Counted from the whole stretch's first letter, positions 25,100 through 37,395 are shown. The stretch is 63,302 bases of DNA, filler included, from Octopus bimaculoides (GCF_001194135.2; 5 parts of 5 records of this genome joined end to end with filler, not necessarily neighbours in it), one strand, 5' to 3'. Numbers and translations are program-made. Notes: generated by a model not told the origin, from the letters alone.

Positions 25100-26200
25100 A
25101 AAAAAAAAAAAGAACTCACCATGTGTTTTTGAGAGCTAATTGTGTAGTGCAGGTGATGATGATTGTGGTGAAGTTGTAGTCAGCTTATTGATGTGTGTCG
25201 GTGTGCTGGCATAGATAGTTTAGGATGTAAAGGGAGTCCAGTACTGACAACATTATATCACCTTTTGTATTATCTATATTGTTTTTGTACCAGGGTATTA
25301 TGTGAATTGAATTCTCCCCAATGATAGTGATTGGGTGTGTGTTACACTGCTGTGGTTGTGGTATGTTCCCTGAAATGTTTGGTAAGTATGCAGGTGCTAT
25401 GTTTATTATGCTAATGTGTTTTGTTTTGAGGTCTTATTCTGGATGTGTGCATTTTTATTCTGTTGTCTTAACCCTTTAATAAACAAGGGTTGTTTGTGGT
25501 ATTTACAGGATGCATGATTTTATGTATGTTATGAGGGATCCACCATTGATTAGTGGAGGCGCAATGGCCCAGTGGATAGGGCAGCAGACTCGTGGTCATA
25601 GGATCGCGGTTTCAATCCCCAGACCGGGCGTTGTGAGTGTTTATTGAGCGAAGACACCTAAAACTCCACGAGGCTCCGGCAAGGGATGGTGGCGAATCCT
25701 GCTGTACTCTTTCACCACAACTTTCTCTCACTCTTACTTCCTGTTTCTGTTGTGCTTGTAATTCAAAGCATCAGCCTTGTCACACTGTGTCACACTGAAT
25801 ATCCTCGAGAACTACGTTAAGGGTACACGTGTCTGTGGAGTGCTCAGCCACTTGCACGTTAATTTCACGAGCAGGTTGTTCTGTTGACCGGATCAACTGG
25901 AACCCTCGACGTCGTAAGTGACGGAGTGCCAACAACAACAACCATTGATCAGTCAGTTTAACCCTAATGGGGTATGAGAGGTCTTGTGTTGTTTTTTCCT
26001 TTTTTTTCTGTAAAAGCATTTTATAGTTCCATTAATTTTTTTAAAGTTCTATTGCAGTGGGTTTAAATTTTTTGCAGTCTATTTATACAGCATATATTTG
26101 TTACTTTGGTTGTTTCTCTGTATTTTATGTGTGAAATGCTTATGTCTATATTTGTTGTTTAAATTCCCTGCTAGACTTTAATGTGAGGTGATATCATGTA
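25100..26200 (-). mobile_element. APE endonuclease remnant, probably of the same old LINE as 20770-22250, split by a SINE A insertion
   Basis: Minus strand reads NGGSLITYIK at about 25520-25548 (GGGL.TYIK motif) and TIIG[D]FNSHNT.WY at about 25290-25330 (GDFNAHHPLW motif). Confidence 0.55.
25553..25940 (+). mobile_element. tRNA-derived SINE family A, young copy
   Basis: Full head, body and tail; TSD ACCATTGAT(T/C)AG at 25542-25553 and 25941-25952. Confidence 0.9.
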
Positions 26201-26322
26201 GTGATTTCCAGCTATTCTGTTTGTCTTTCAGTAGTTTGGGGTTTATTTCATGAGTGCTTTTTGCTTTGTGTTGTCTATTTATATGTGTGTAAGTATTTAT
26301 ACTGTTGGGATTCTACTTACCT

Positions 26323-26397
26323 TTTGAAAGCTATCACTTTGAAAGCTATCACTTTGAAAGCTATCACTTTGAAAGCTATCACTTTGAAAGCTATCAC
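26323..26397. repeat. Five perfect copies of the 15-mer TTTGAAAGCTATCAC
   Basis: Directly visible; abuts a minus-strand AAG|GTAAGT donor-like site at 26321. Confidence 0.95.
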
Positions 26398-27521
26398 TTT
26401 CATTTTCCTACATTTGATGCATAGTTTTTATCATCCAATCAGTATTCCAACCTAGAACATCCTATATTTCTTTTGGGTAAATTATATTCACAACTGAGTT
26501 ATCAAATTTATTGAGCTATTTTTAAGATAAAAGGGTGAGCAACTGCACAAAGACTTCATAACAGGCTTGATGGAAAATTAATGCAGTACCAATATGGATG
26601 TTTCACCAGTTTAAACAATTCTAGAATCCTTCTTGTATTCATAAACTAACTACCAGCATTACTGGTGTTGTTGTTATTTTAATCAATTGGTATTCACCTA
26701 CAAAAGGTGACCTTGTGCCATGTTAAAAGAAATTATTACTAAAATTTCATGTGCTAATTGTCATAGTTTAACTGTAAGCTTTTGGTAATCCAACTCTGTA
26801 ATCAGTTGTCCTTAAAGTGCTTAACTGCTGAACTATATCCATTTGCAGTATATAGTTTCATCCTATTATGTTCTAATTTCAAAATCTACTAGAACTGACT
26901 TTGCTTTTCATCCCAATTAGAGTTGATGAAAATAATTAACCAGTATATGCCTGGGTAGGTTCAGTTGACTCTATTCCTTTCCTTCTAATTTGAGTCTGTG
27001 ACAGTGTAAAAATATCATTATTATAAATTCAAGTACAGGTGTCGTGATATTTTGGTAAAACAAGTTTATGACTTATTCATGCTATCACCTGTTGGACTTG
27101 TTGGAACAGCACAAATTAAACAACTGATTTCCTTTCTTATTAAACCCAAAAGAAACAATCTATATATTAGAAATCCTCCCTGTTATTATTGATTTCTGTT
27201 GACAAGGCAACACAAAACCAATTGTTTTGTATGGAAGGGATACAACCAATTAAACAGACACCTCAGAATGTGCTAATGTTTATATTATTTATCACAAAGT
27301 GATGGAAAACAGTCTTAATTCCTTTGGGATCTGAACTCAGTATAATTTACCTAAGGTTTATTGACTAATTTAAAAAGAAAAAGAGAAAGAAACACAACAA
27401 TTGCTTGATTTGATGTGCTTTAGTGTAGCCAATTAGTCTAATCAATGTGAGCAACCATACAACACTATACCCAGATTTTGATTCCTGGTTGCAGCTTTTC
27501 CTTTCACTTGCTTTATTTTAG

Positions 27522-27571
27522 TAATGCTGTCAGGAGAGATATGATGTACACAGCCTCTTCTCTGCTTCAAG
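27522..27571 (+). CDS. Candidate 50-nt exon, phase 2-1 (NAVRRDMMYTASSLLQ)
   Basis: Acceptor TTTCACTTGCTTTATTTTAG and donor AAG|GTAATA, with a single open frame. Confidence 0.35.
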
Positions 27572-27973
27572 GTAATATGCAGCTTGTTAATTCAGAGGAA
27601 CAAAAGTGGAGGAGTTTTAATCAGTTGAACTGACCTTGGTTGTTATTTACATTGTTGATACTTGCATGATTTGAGCTCAGAACGTTGAGGGACTGAAACC
27701 TAAAACTGCAATTTGGTCTGGTGCGTTATTTTTTTCTGCCATTCTACTGCATTTAACATTAATAGCTATAATTTTAATAAATATTGTTTTTTGTCACTCA
27801 TAAGAGATGGTATTAATATTATGGAACTTAAATTTGTTGATCGTTGCTAGTTTTCTAATATTTAACTTGGCTTATTACAATGTACTGTGGTTACCTCCAA
27901 TTCTTAATAATTCTTATTCATGAGTGAGGAGAAAGAGAAAACATTAGCTTAATAATAAATATTAATTAATTAG

Positions 27974-28047
27974 ATTTTTCTCTTCACTCCATTAAAACTG
28001 ATGGCCCTAACTCGACTGTTATTGTTTTTGTGAGATGTTGTCACCAG
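27974..28047 (+). CDS. Candidate 74-nt exon, phase 1-0 (DFSLHSIKTDGPNSTVIVFVRCCHQ)
   Basis: Donor CAG|GTAATT, weaker AT-rich acceptor; splices in frame to 27522-27571. Confidence 0.3.
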
Positions 28048-28743
28048 GTAATTTCCCCTTGATTATCATGATAAATTTTGATGTGTACTTATGTAATTAA
28101 TGATATTTTTAGAGCATTGGAAGGAATGCTTTGTGGTTTTGTTCTGGATCTTTACATTCTGAGTTCAAATTCTGCTATGGTCAACTTTGCCTTTCATCTC
28201 ACTGGGGTCAATATAATTAAGTATCAGTCAAATACTGGAGTTGGTGGTATTGACTAACCTCCTCCCTTCAAATTACTGGCCTTGTGTCAAAATTAGAAAC
28301 AGTCATTGTACATCAAGGTGGCAAGCTGGCGGAACTGTTGGCATGTCAAACAAAATACTTAGCAGCATTTCTTCTGGCTTTATATTCAGATCTCAAATGA
28401 GACCAAGGTTGGCTTCACTTTTCATCCTTTCAGGTTGATAAAATAAGTACCAGTTGAGTACTGGGTCAATGTAATTGACTAGCCCCTCTTGCAAAAGTTT
28501 CAGGCTTCATGCCTATAGTAGAAAAGAATTATTGTACGTCAATATTATGATTCTCTTATCTACAATCTGATAGGAATAGAGAAGAAGGCTATTCTTCACT
28601 GAGGAGATCTCGTTAGGTGAAAGCATATCTAGAGTTGTCACCTGTATACTTATAAAGATGAGATGAAATTAATATTGATTTCAAATTTTGGCACAAGTCA
28701 GGAATTTTGTGGGAGGGCGTAAGTCAATTATATTGAGTTATTA

Positions 28744-28970
28744 ATTATATCAATGGTTAGAAATTTGGGATTCAAAAAGGACAATATCAATAAGCTACAT
28801 TCAAAAACAGTTGTTAAATGATGAACAGCAATATCTTCAGTATGAACACCAATAAATATCCCAAAGCCTAGCTTGTTATGAATTTGTAAATAAACAAATA
28901 AAATCATATGAAGTACATGTTACATTGTTTCTGCTCCAGAGTCTGAGGTGTAGTTTTTGAGGTGAAATTA
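28744..28970 (+). repeat. 227-bp arm of an inverted duplication (partner 30266-30492)
   Basis: Reverse complement of 30266-30492 with about 4 mismatches by eye; sits inside a split SINE C remnant. Confidence 0.92.
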
Positions 28971-29178
28971 CAATGACTTTGACTTTCATCTGAACAGATG
29001 AAAGTCAAAGTCACTCTCTGTGGAATTTGAACTCAGAACGTAAAGACAGATAAAATGCTTAGCAGAATTTTGTCTGGAATGCTAACAATTCAGTCAGCTC
29101 ACCACCTTATATTAAATTAATATTGATCAATGATTTAATGCTTCGTTCTCCATTTTTTACCTCAGTACATTAAGTATA

Positions 29179-29560
29179 GTGGAGGCGCAATGGCCCAGTG
29201 TTTAGGGCAGCGAACTCGCGGTCATAGGATCGCGGTTTCGATTCCCAGACCGGGCGTTGTGAGTGTTTATTGAGCGAAAACACCTAAAGCTCCACGAGGC
29301 TCTGGCAGGGTATGGTGGCGAACCCTGCTGTACTCTTTCACCACAACTTTCTCTCACTCTTACTTCCTGTTTCTGTTGTGCATGTAATTCAAAGGGTCAG
29401 CCTTGTCATACTGTGTCACGCTGAATATCCCCGAGAACTACGTTAAGGGTACACGTGTCTGTGGAGTGCTCAGCCACTTGCACGTTAATTTCACGGGCAG
29501 GCTGTTCCGTTGATCGGATCAACTGGAACCTTCGACGTCGTAAGCGACGGAGTGCCAACA
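29179..29560 (+). mobile_element. tRNA-derived SINE family A, young copy
   Basis: Full length; TSD ACATTAAGTAT at 29167-29177 and 29561-29571. Confidence 0.9.
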
Positions 29561-30265
29561 ACATTAAGTATGATGACCTTCTTATTTCACCCACGATCTC
29601 TTCCAGTTTTTCCCCAATATATTATCTCCTCTTACTATTTAAAATATCAAAATTCACTTTTCAAAACACACACATTCACTGAATTGATTTTTGCTGAAAT
29701 GGGTTACCATTAGTTTTCTTTCATTCAAGTTTTTAACTTTCTCTCATGTTGTAAGTTGGGCTCAAACCTCATTGTTATCAAATTTCTACTTTGTAACTGG
29801 TTTATTCATCTGTTCTTATTATAAATGTATGTGTTTTACTATTCTATGACATGTGGTTCCTATTTTAAATACCAAAGGCTTTCTTACTGAGATTTGACTA
29901 ATTCAAGTGATTTAAAAGAAGCTTACATAGAATACGGTGAAATTTTTCGTTTTCTTTTCTCTTTTTTTGTTGTTGTTGTTGTCTTACTCATTTCCCTAAC
30001 TTTATAAGGTATTTTCCATTTTGATGCATTTTAATGAAAATCACACACCTACGTGAGTATCCACAAATGTACAGACAAACAATTTCTCACACTATTAACC
30101 GACAACAATTGCCACACAGTCACGAGGGAATACTGTCATGAATACGTCATAACATTATATAATGTACACACTTTACCTCATGAGCATACCACCTCCACAT
30201 AAAATACCACACCTTTTTTTTCCTTCACACCTGTGCCTGCCACTACACCATAACTTGTAAATGAT

Positions 30266-30492
30266 TAATTTCACCTCAAAAACTACACCTCACACTCTGG
30301 AGCAGAAACAATGTAACATGTACTTCATATGATTTTATTTGTTTATTTACAAATTCATAACAAGCTAGGCTTTGGGATATTTATTGGTGTTCATACTGAA
30401 GATATTGCTGCTCATCATTTAACAACTGATTTTCAATGTAGCTTATTGATATTGTCCTTTTTGAATCCCAAATTTCTAACCATTGATATAAT
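30266..30492 (-). repeat. 227-bp arm of an inverted duplication (partner 28744-28970)
   Basis: See partner; embedded in otherwise unique sequence. Confidence 0.92.
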
Positions 30493-31419
30493 AACTTAAT
30501 TAACTTCACACAGTAAAGATAAGAATCCAAAAAACAAAAATGTTTGGTTTCAAATTTTCTTTCGAATAATGTCACTAAATTTGGAATCAACATGAATACT
30601 GACCATTCCTGTCTACTTTAGAAAGATATATGTGACATTTATTCATTTCCATATCCAAACTGGTGATGATAAATTCAATAATAAAGTAGAATTGCCAGCA
30701 CCCCTATTATTTCCTCAAACTACATGAGGTCCCAACTTCAGAACTATGAGCTGTCAGAACTTTTGTGAGTTATCCTACACTTTGTTACCTTCATACAGCT
30801 TGGCAGACAGGATGACTGAGATTTAAGTGTCTTGAACAGAACACAATGTGTTATAGACAACATACAAAAAATGCATATTTTTGCTGCTTGTCAATTTGCA
30901 CTCTCATTTATATAGCAAATACCATGAAGTGGAATTAGCTCTCATCCTGTCCACAGGCCTGTTTCAATTCTGAGTTGAAACTGTTTGACTTCATTTACAT
31001 AACTAACAATTTTAAGGACATAAAAATTACAACATCCGTTTAACAGAAATTTGAGGCTTTGTACTTTTGTAAGAGATCAATGTTACATAACGATTTTGTT
31101 TTCTTCTAGAATCAATTTCTGTTATTTAAATAAGGATTGGTTTCTTTCTATATTATTATTACTAAGATGAAAAAATATTGTGTAAGTTTATTTTGTGACT
31201 TGTTATGTTATTTTTCTTTTTCTTATTTAACACTCAGTGTGACCTGTTTAATGATTGATGACTAAGATTTTATTATGAAACAGAAATGAGAGTTTGTGAC
31301 ATCAATGTTTTATTCAATAATATTCAATGAAGCAAATGTTACAGGAAATATAATCTTGAATTGTGGATTTGGGTTCTTGCTGATTTACCTCAATATGGCC
31401 CACTATACATGAACTTATT

Positions 31420-31642
31420 CTTTTACTTGTTTCAGTCATTTGACTGCAGCCATGCTGGAGCACTCTCTTGAAGGGTTTTAGTCGAATGAATCAACCCCAG
31501 GACTATTTTTTTTAAACCCTAGTATCTATTATAGCAGTCTCCTTTGTGGAAATGCTAAATTAGAGGGATATAAATACACCAACACTGGTTGTCAAGCAGT
31601 AATGGGGGAACAAACACAGATACAATGACACACACACACATA

Positions 31643-31736
<94 letters not shown>

Positions 31737-31897
31737 ATGGTCTTCTTTCAGTTCCCATCTACCAAATCCACTCACAAGGCTTTTTCGACCCAAGACTATA
31801 GTAATAGACACTTGCCCAAGGTGTCACACAGTGGGACTGAACCCAAAACCATGTGGTTGGGAAGCAAGCTTCTTACCACACAGCCATGCCTCCACCT
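31420..31897 (-). mobile_element. SINE family B with expanded internal (TA)n
   Basis: Complete reverse-complement copy with the microsatellite at the family's fixed internal site. Confidence 0.85.
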
Positions 31898-32874
31898 ATA
31901 ATAATTAAATCAACACTCCTAGCATTCATTTCATACCTTTGTCAAGAGTATTGGTGGCATAAATGAAACAGTTCCTCCTGGGTTGTCGACTTCTATGAGA
32001 CCTTACCATGCAAACATAATCTACTAAATCTTATTCTTTAATGATTAAATCTTTGTACTTAGGACATGGCCATTTTTGTAAAAATTATCATGATGAAATT
32101 TATTTTACCTGTTTTTAAAATAAGAAAAGACATTGATGTTCGTTTTTCAAACTATTTCCTCATCTTATATGTGTCTTAGACACAGAGTTTTGATTGATAA
32201 TCTCTTCAATCAGTTAAGTGTTATACCTAAGATAAGCCAGGGGTTGTGCTAGGAACTATTATTCTGATGGTCTAACAACTGATTTGTGGTTTTAGAAGAC
32301 ATTAGTGTTGTCATTTTAAGGTGTTTATGTATTTATCTTTATATTCCCTAAAGTATCAAAATGTGTAAACAAATGCGTCAGTCTAATGTTTAAACACCTT
32401 AAACAGCGAGGCTTCTGTTCTCTGAATCAATAAGTAAGTGATTAGAATAAAAACTCCAGCTGGTGAAATGAAGTTTCTAGGTTTAATCCATAGCCTAGCT
32501 CAGAAATACCACTTGAAACTTATTGGAGAGAATACCAAGTGAAGTGTGTTAGCAAGGCTTTTAAAGAAATAGTCTAAGAAACAAACTTCACTCTAAGGTC
32601 ATCTTGGAAAAGAATATATAAACAAGATCTTTGTTGGTACTCATTGGAACTGAATTAAATCCTTTGTGTTCAGCCTATTTAATGTTTTTTTTTTCCTTTG
32701 CTGTAAACAAATAAAGTTATATAGAAGAGAAAGCAATAATTTATTTATTTATTTACATCAATTTGGTTAAGTTTATTAGATAAAAGAACCTAGATCTATT
32801 TGAAAGTCATTTAAAATTTATCTCTCTTAGACTTGTTTTATGTATTACACTCATGACAGCATTTATGCTCTCAG

Positions 32875-32946
32875 ATTAAGCTTGAAGATGCTAAAAGAAG
32901 ATGTAAAAGATGCTGTCAGCATGTTCATATAAAAGGGAAATTATGA
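32875..32946 (+). CDS. Candidate phase-0 terminal exon (IKLEDAKRRCKRCCQHVHIKGKL*)
   Basis: Acceptor TTATGCTCTCAG; phase-compatible with the 28047 donor; AATAAA at about 33237. An alternative frame (LSLKMLKEDVKDAVSMFI*) is also open. Confidence 0.22.
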   Translation: MKLEDAKRRCKRCCQHVHIKGKL

Positions 32947-33716
32947 AATATTTGAAAACTGAATAGTTAAATATATAATTAAAATTATATGGCTTTATAA
33001 GGCTGAAAAATTAGTTATAATTGATAAAGTCAATTTCATTATTAGGATGAACAGCTCTTCTGGAAGATAATTTATGGCAGAACATCAAACGATGACATTT
33101 TTATCTTATGATCATCATCAAATAAGTTTGTATTTATTCCATCATAATCATTATCCCCAAATCCAATGCTACCATTTCCATCGCTATAATTTTTCTTGGC
33201 CCTAAAGAGCCTCGATGCAATAGTAGATACCGAGCATAATAAACATAGACTCCATATTTATTAAAACAGACATAATGCTTGGATGGTGATATATTTTATT
33301 TATAATAGCTTTGATGACCTTTCATAGTGACCACAGATATCTGTAATATTGATGAGTGAGAGCTTGCCTTGGCTAAGATGGCATAACAAAAGCAGAAATA
33401 CCTCTCAAGAACCAAGAAGTAAATCATTGTCCAACCCCCAAATAAATACTCAGCAGCCTTCTACAGGGTACAAATACCCACTACATTGCAACATCACTAT
33501 ACCTATTACTTACTTGAGATGTTGCACCTGCTACTCACTCATGCATGTACTAACTCACAGGCAAGCTCTCACTCACCAATATTACAATTACTGACCTACT
33601 GGTAAACTAAGACTCCTCTTGATCCTCCACCCATATCTCACAATGTTCTTACTTTTCCTTCAATTATCACTCCTACTCTGTATCAACACTGAATATTCAA
33701 TACAAAGATTTTGCCC

Positions 33717-34237
33717 TTAACACTTTACCATTTAAACCAGCCATATCTGAACCAAATATTCTATCTGTTTTATGTTGAAACTGGCCAGATTTGGACTTTT
33801 GCACCTAGCTTACAATGTCATTCTAAAAATAAACAATCACATCATCGAAATCTTAAAGTTATGAGATAATGCATGATTAATACGTTAACCACTACAGCCT
33901 GTCATTACTAGAACTTCACAGTGATGCTACATATTTCCTGTCACACTGTATGTTATTTAATTACAAGGAAATGTAATTTTTTTTAGTATATTTACAATAT
34001 TTCATATACTTTAATATTTAGCACTTATGTTATTTCAATATCCGCCAAACCGTGTCAAAGATACAGAATAAAATATTTTCTCATATTATGAAAATGTACC
34101 ACTGGTGGTGCATATGGCAGTTATGTGAAGTTTGTGATGAACCACTGGTGTTACATTTGGCAGTTAACATCTTAATTAAGAACAATATGCATATAAGCTT
34201 TACATTAGACAGAGTAATCTTAATGCTACAGGTTTAA
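33717..34237 (+). mobile_element. piggyBac-type MITE (TTAA-bounded), split by an insertion of about 300 bp
   Basis: 33717-33882 and 34180-34237 are together homologous to the reverse complement of 35622-35852; TTAA at both ends. Confidence 0.6.
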
Positions 34238-34799
34238 TTAAACTTACATTAGTTCAAACTAAATGCTAATCATTTCATCCTCATCAAGCTATTCTCAAAT
34301 TATTATCTCCATTATTACCACCACCACCACACCACCACCACCACCATTATCATCATGACTGTCACCATATTATATCCATTTTCCCATGCTGACATTGATT
34401 GCAAATCGACCCCAGGACTTATTCTTTGTAAGCCTAGTACTTATTCTATCGGTTTCTTTTGCCGAACCGCTAAGTTACGGGAACGTAAACACACCAGCAT
34501 CGGTTGTCAAGCGATGTTGGAGGGACAAACACAGACACACAAACATATACACACACACACACACACACATATATACGACATTTCCTCAGTCTTCCTCTCC
34601 AGTAATCTCCTTTCATTTAGATTCCTTGCCCAACTAACTTCTTACGTGTGCATCTCATATTGGTGCCAGCACAGTCTCTTCTCTTTCATGCCACAGCTAA
34701 TTTCAATTTTGCCTGTTTTTTAATTTTTTTTCTCCTCTGAACTTATCTGAACCCGGTTTATTCTTCAATGATAACATAATTCATTCAGTGAAACTTGCT

Positions 34800-34843
<44 letters not shown>

Positions 34844-34987
34844 CACATGCCTGTGTATAATTACATCATAGGTGAATTATTTTAACCCTTTAAGCTATTA
34901 CATTCAGTTTCACATATTCACATATTTATTTTTTAAAACAGCATTATCTATTTTGAAGTGTGAAAAGGTCTTGTCACACTTCTATGA

Positions 34988-35046
34988 CCTTGTTAGTGAC
35001 ACAATTTCCCCATTACATCTCAAAGAAAATTGTGTCACTAACTAGG
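34988..35046. other. Hairpin: 16-bp perfect stem (extendable to about 20 bp) with 19-nt loop
   Basis: GTTAGTGACACAATTT (34992-35007) pairs with AAATTGTGTCACTAAC (35027-35042). Confidence 0.85.
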
Positions 35047-35621
35047 GGCAACAAAAGATTTTTATGCTTCATACTAGACAAATACTATTAAGAAATAAAT
35101 AGAAGTGTATTAAGAAATAAATAGAACTTTTTAAAGAAATAAATAGAGTGACTGCATACAGGCTGTGATTTAATAGATACTTTAAACATGCACGCATGCA
35201 TGCACACACACACACACGTTTTTAATAATTTTTTAAAAACCAAAGCAATACAAGTTATAAAAATTGATAATGCAGGTTGATGGTTTGTACTTGTACCTGG
35301 TATTTCAATATTTCAGAGTTAGGGCTCTTTCTTCAGGAAACCTTCAGACAAAAGGTGTTGTTAGCTGACTTCTCTGTTCAGTGTATACGATAAACACACA
35401 CGTGCATGCACACATATACATATTATACTGGTGAAATTATATGTATGTGTGAATGCACTTGTGTTATTAGCATGGCAGAATATTTTTCTATTTGCCTAAT
35501 TTATAATAATTTCATCTCACCAATGCTCCACCCTTAGTCTACATTCTAACAATCATCATTTCAAATATTCTAAGCCTGTTGTTACATCTTCATCCAACAT
35601 GCATTTACTTAGTAATTTACC

Positions 35622-35852
35622 TTAATGCTTTAACATCGAGATTACTCTACCAAATGCTAATGCTTATTTATTCACATTGTTTTAAATGAATCATGCATTT
35701 TTCTCACAGCTGCAAGATATTGATGATCTGATTGTTTGTTTTTTAGAATGACATTGTAGGGTAGGTGTGAGAGGCTGGACCTGGCTGGTTTAAACATAAA
35801 ACAAATAAAATATTTGGGTCAGATATAGCTGGTTTACATGCTAAAGGGTTAA
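35622..35852 (-). mobile_element. piggyBac-type MITE, about 230 bp
   Basis: Ends ...GCTAAAGGG TTAA and begins TTAA..TTTAACAT; the TTAA/CCCTTT termini are typical of piggyBac. Homologous to 33717-34237. Confidence 0.6.
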
Positions 35853-37164
35853 ACATTTATGTTATTACATGGAAAAATGCAAGCATGAAAAGTAATACTC
35901 TTAAGATTATAAATCTGGGAAAGTATAGGACAAGTTATTACACCTGTAAAAACATAGGATAAGCTAATACTTCTAGTAAAGTAAAGAATAAGAAACTTTT
36001 TACTTAAAATATTGCAGCAAAGAACGCCAGTTCTTCTAATTTATCACTCTTTACAGTTCTCATATTTTAAATTTATTGTACAAAACTGTTCAGCGAATTT
36101 GTAAGTTTGTCTAATTAGTCACTTTTTTTCTGTATTTAAGGTAGTAAATTAGCCAAATTCTACTTAAATAAGTATAGTGTTATTTGTAAACTATAATAAA
36201 ATAAGTTTTAATATTTAAATTTAAATTTTAGCTGCAATATTTTAAGTAAAAAATTTCTTATTCTTTACTTTACTAGAAGCAATAGCTTGTTCTATACTTT
36301 TACAGGTGTAATAACTTGTCCTTTACTTTTCCAGGTTTATAATCTTAGGAATATTACTTTTCATGCTCGCATTTTTCCATGTAATCCATGATTTTTCCAG
36401 GCATTGCTGTTATAAAATAATTAATGATGTGTCACTTAATAATTTAAGATTTTACCTTATAAAATACTGAAAGATAGCATTTCAATTTTTCCATGTAAGT
36501 GATGATAATATTTCAATTTTTTTTCATGCTTAATTTATGTTGCAATTAAATCATTTGATATTACCCATCCACACCAAATTAATGGCAGGGATTTTTACCA
36601 TGTTGTTGGTTGCACCATGGCTCACCAAAAATTACAAACAACAAGAACCCAAAATCATCAGTTACCAGGCTCACTTTAAGTAACCTAATTTTGCAATATT
36701 AGGAGGTCACAGGAATTCATTCAATGAAAAAAAAGATTTTCAATGATTCTGGGATTATGGGGAGGGGGACCCCCCAATTAATTTTTTCCGAACCAAAATA
36801 AGGGATTTGCAGCATATTAGGAGGTCAGGGTACTTGATTCCATGCAAAAAAGTCAGATTTTTTTTTTTCTTAGTGAAAATCTTGTGGGTGTTATTATAGA
36901 AATCTACTATAATGTTGTTATTTAGCCTCAAATCAACCCTGAACTCAGAACGTAAAGACAGGCGAAATACCGCTTCTGGAATACAAAGTTTTGTCGAAAA
37001 TGTTAAGAAGTAAACCCTCTTCTATGTGACACATTCTACCAGTAAAAAAAAAAAATTAGTGAAATAATCTGTACGTCAAAGTCAACCTTGGCGAAATTTG
37101 AACTCAAAACATAAAGTCAGATGAAATACTGCTAAGAATTTCTCCCAGCATGCTAACGTTTCTT

Positions 37165-37395
37165 ATTTTTCTATTGCCCACAAGGGGCTAAACATAGAGG
37201 GGACAAACAGGGACAGACAAAGGGATTAAATCGATTCCATTGACCCCAATGCATAACTGGTACTTAACTTATCAACCCCGAAAGGATGAAAGGCAAAGTC
37301 GACCTTGGCGGATTTTGAACTCAGAACGTAATGGCAGATGAAATACTGCTAAGCATTTAGCCCGGTGTGCTAATGTTTCTGCTAGCTTGCTGCCT
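37165..37395 (-). mobile_element. SINE family C, preceded by two further partial copies (36940-37160)
   Basis: Reverse complement of 7459-7688. Confidence 0.8.

Noticed and set aside
35085-35145. Three imperfect 22-bp AAGAAATAAATAGA repeats (similar short duplications at 12150 and 50680)
   Set aside because: Ordinary slippage duplications in AT-rich DNA.
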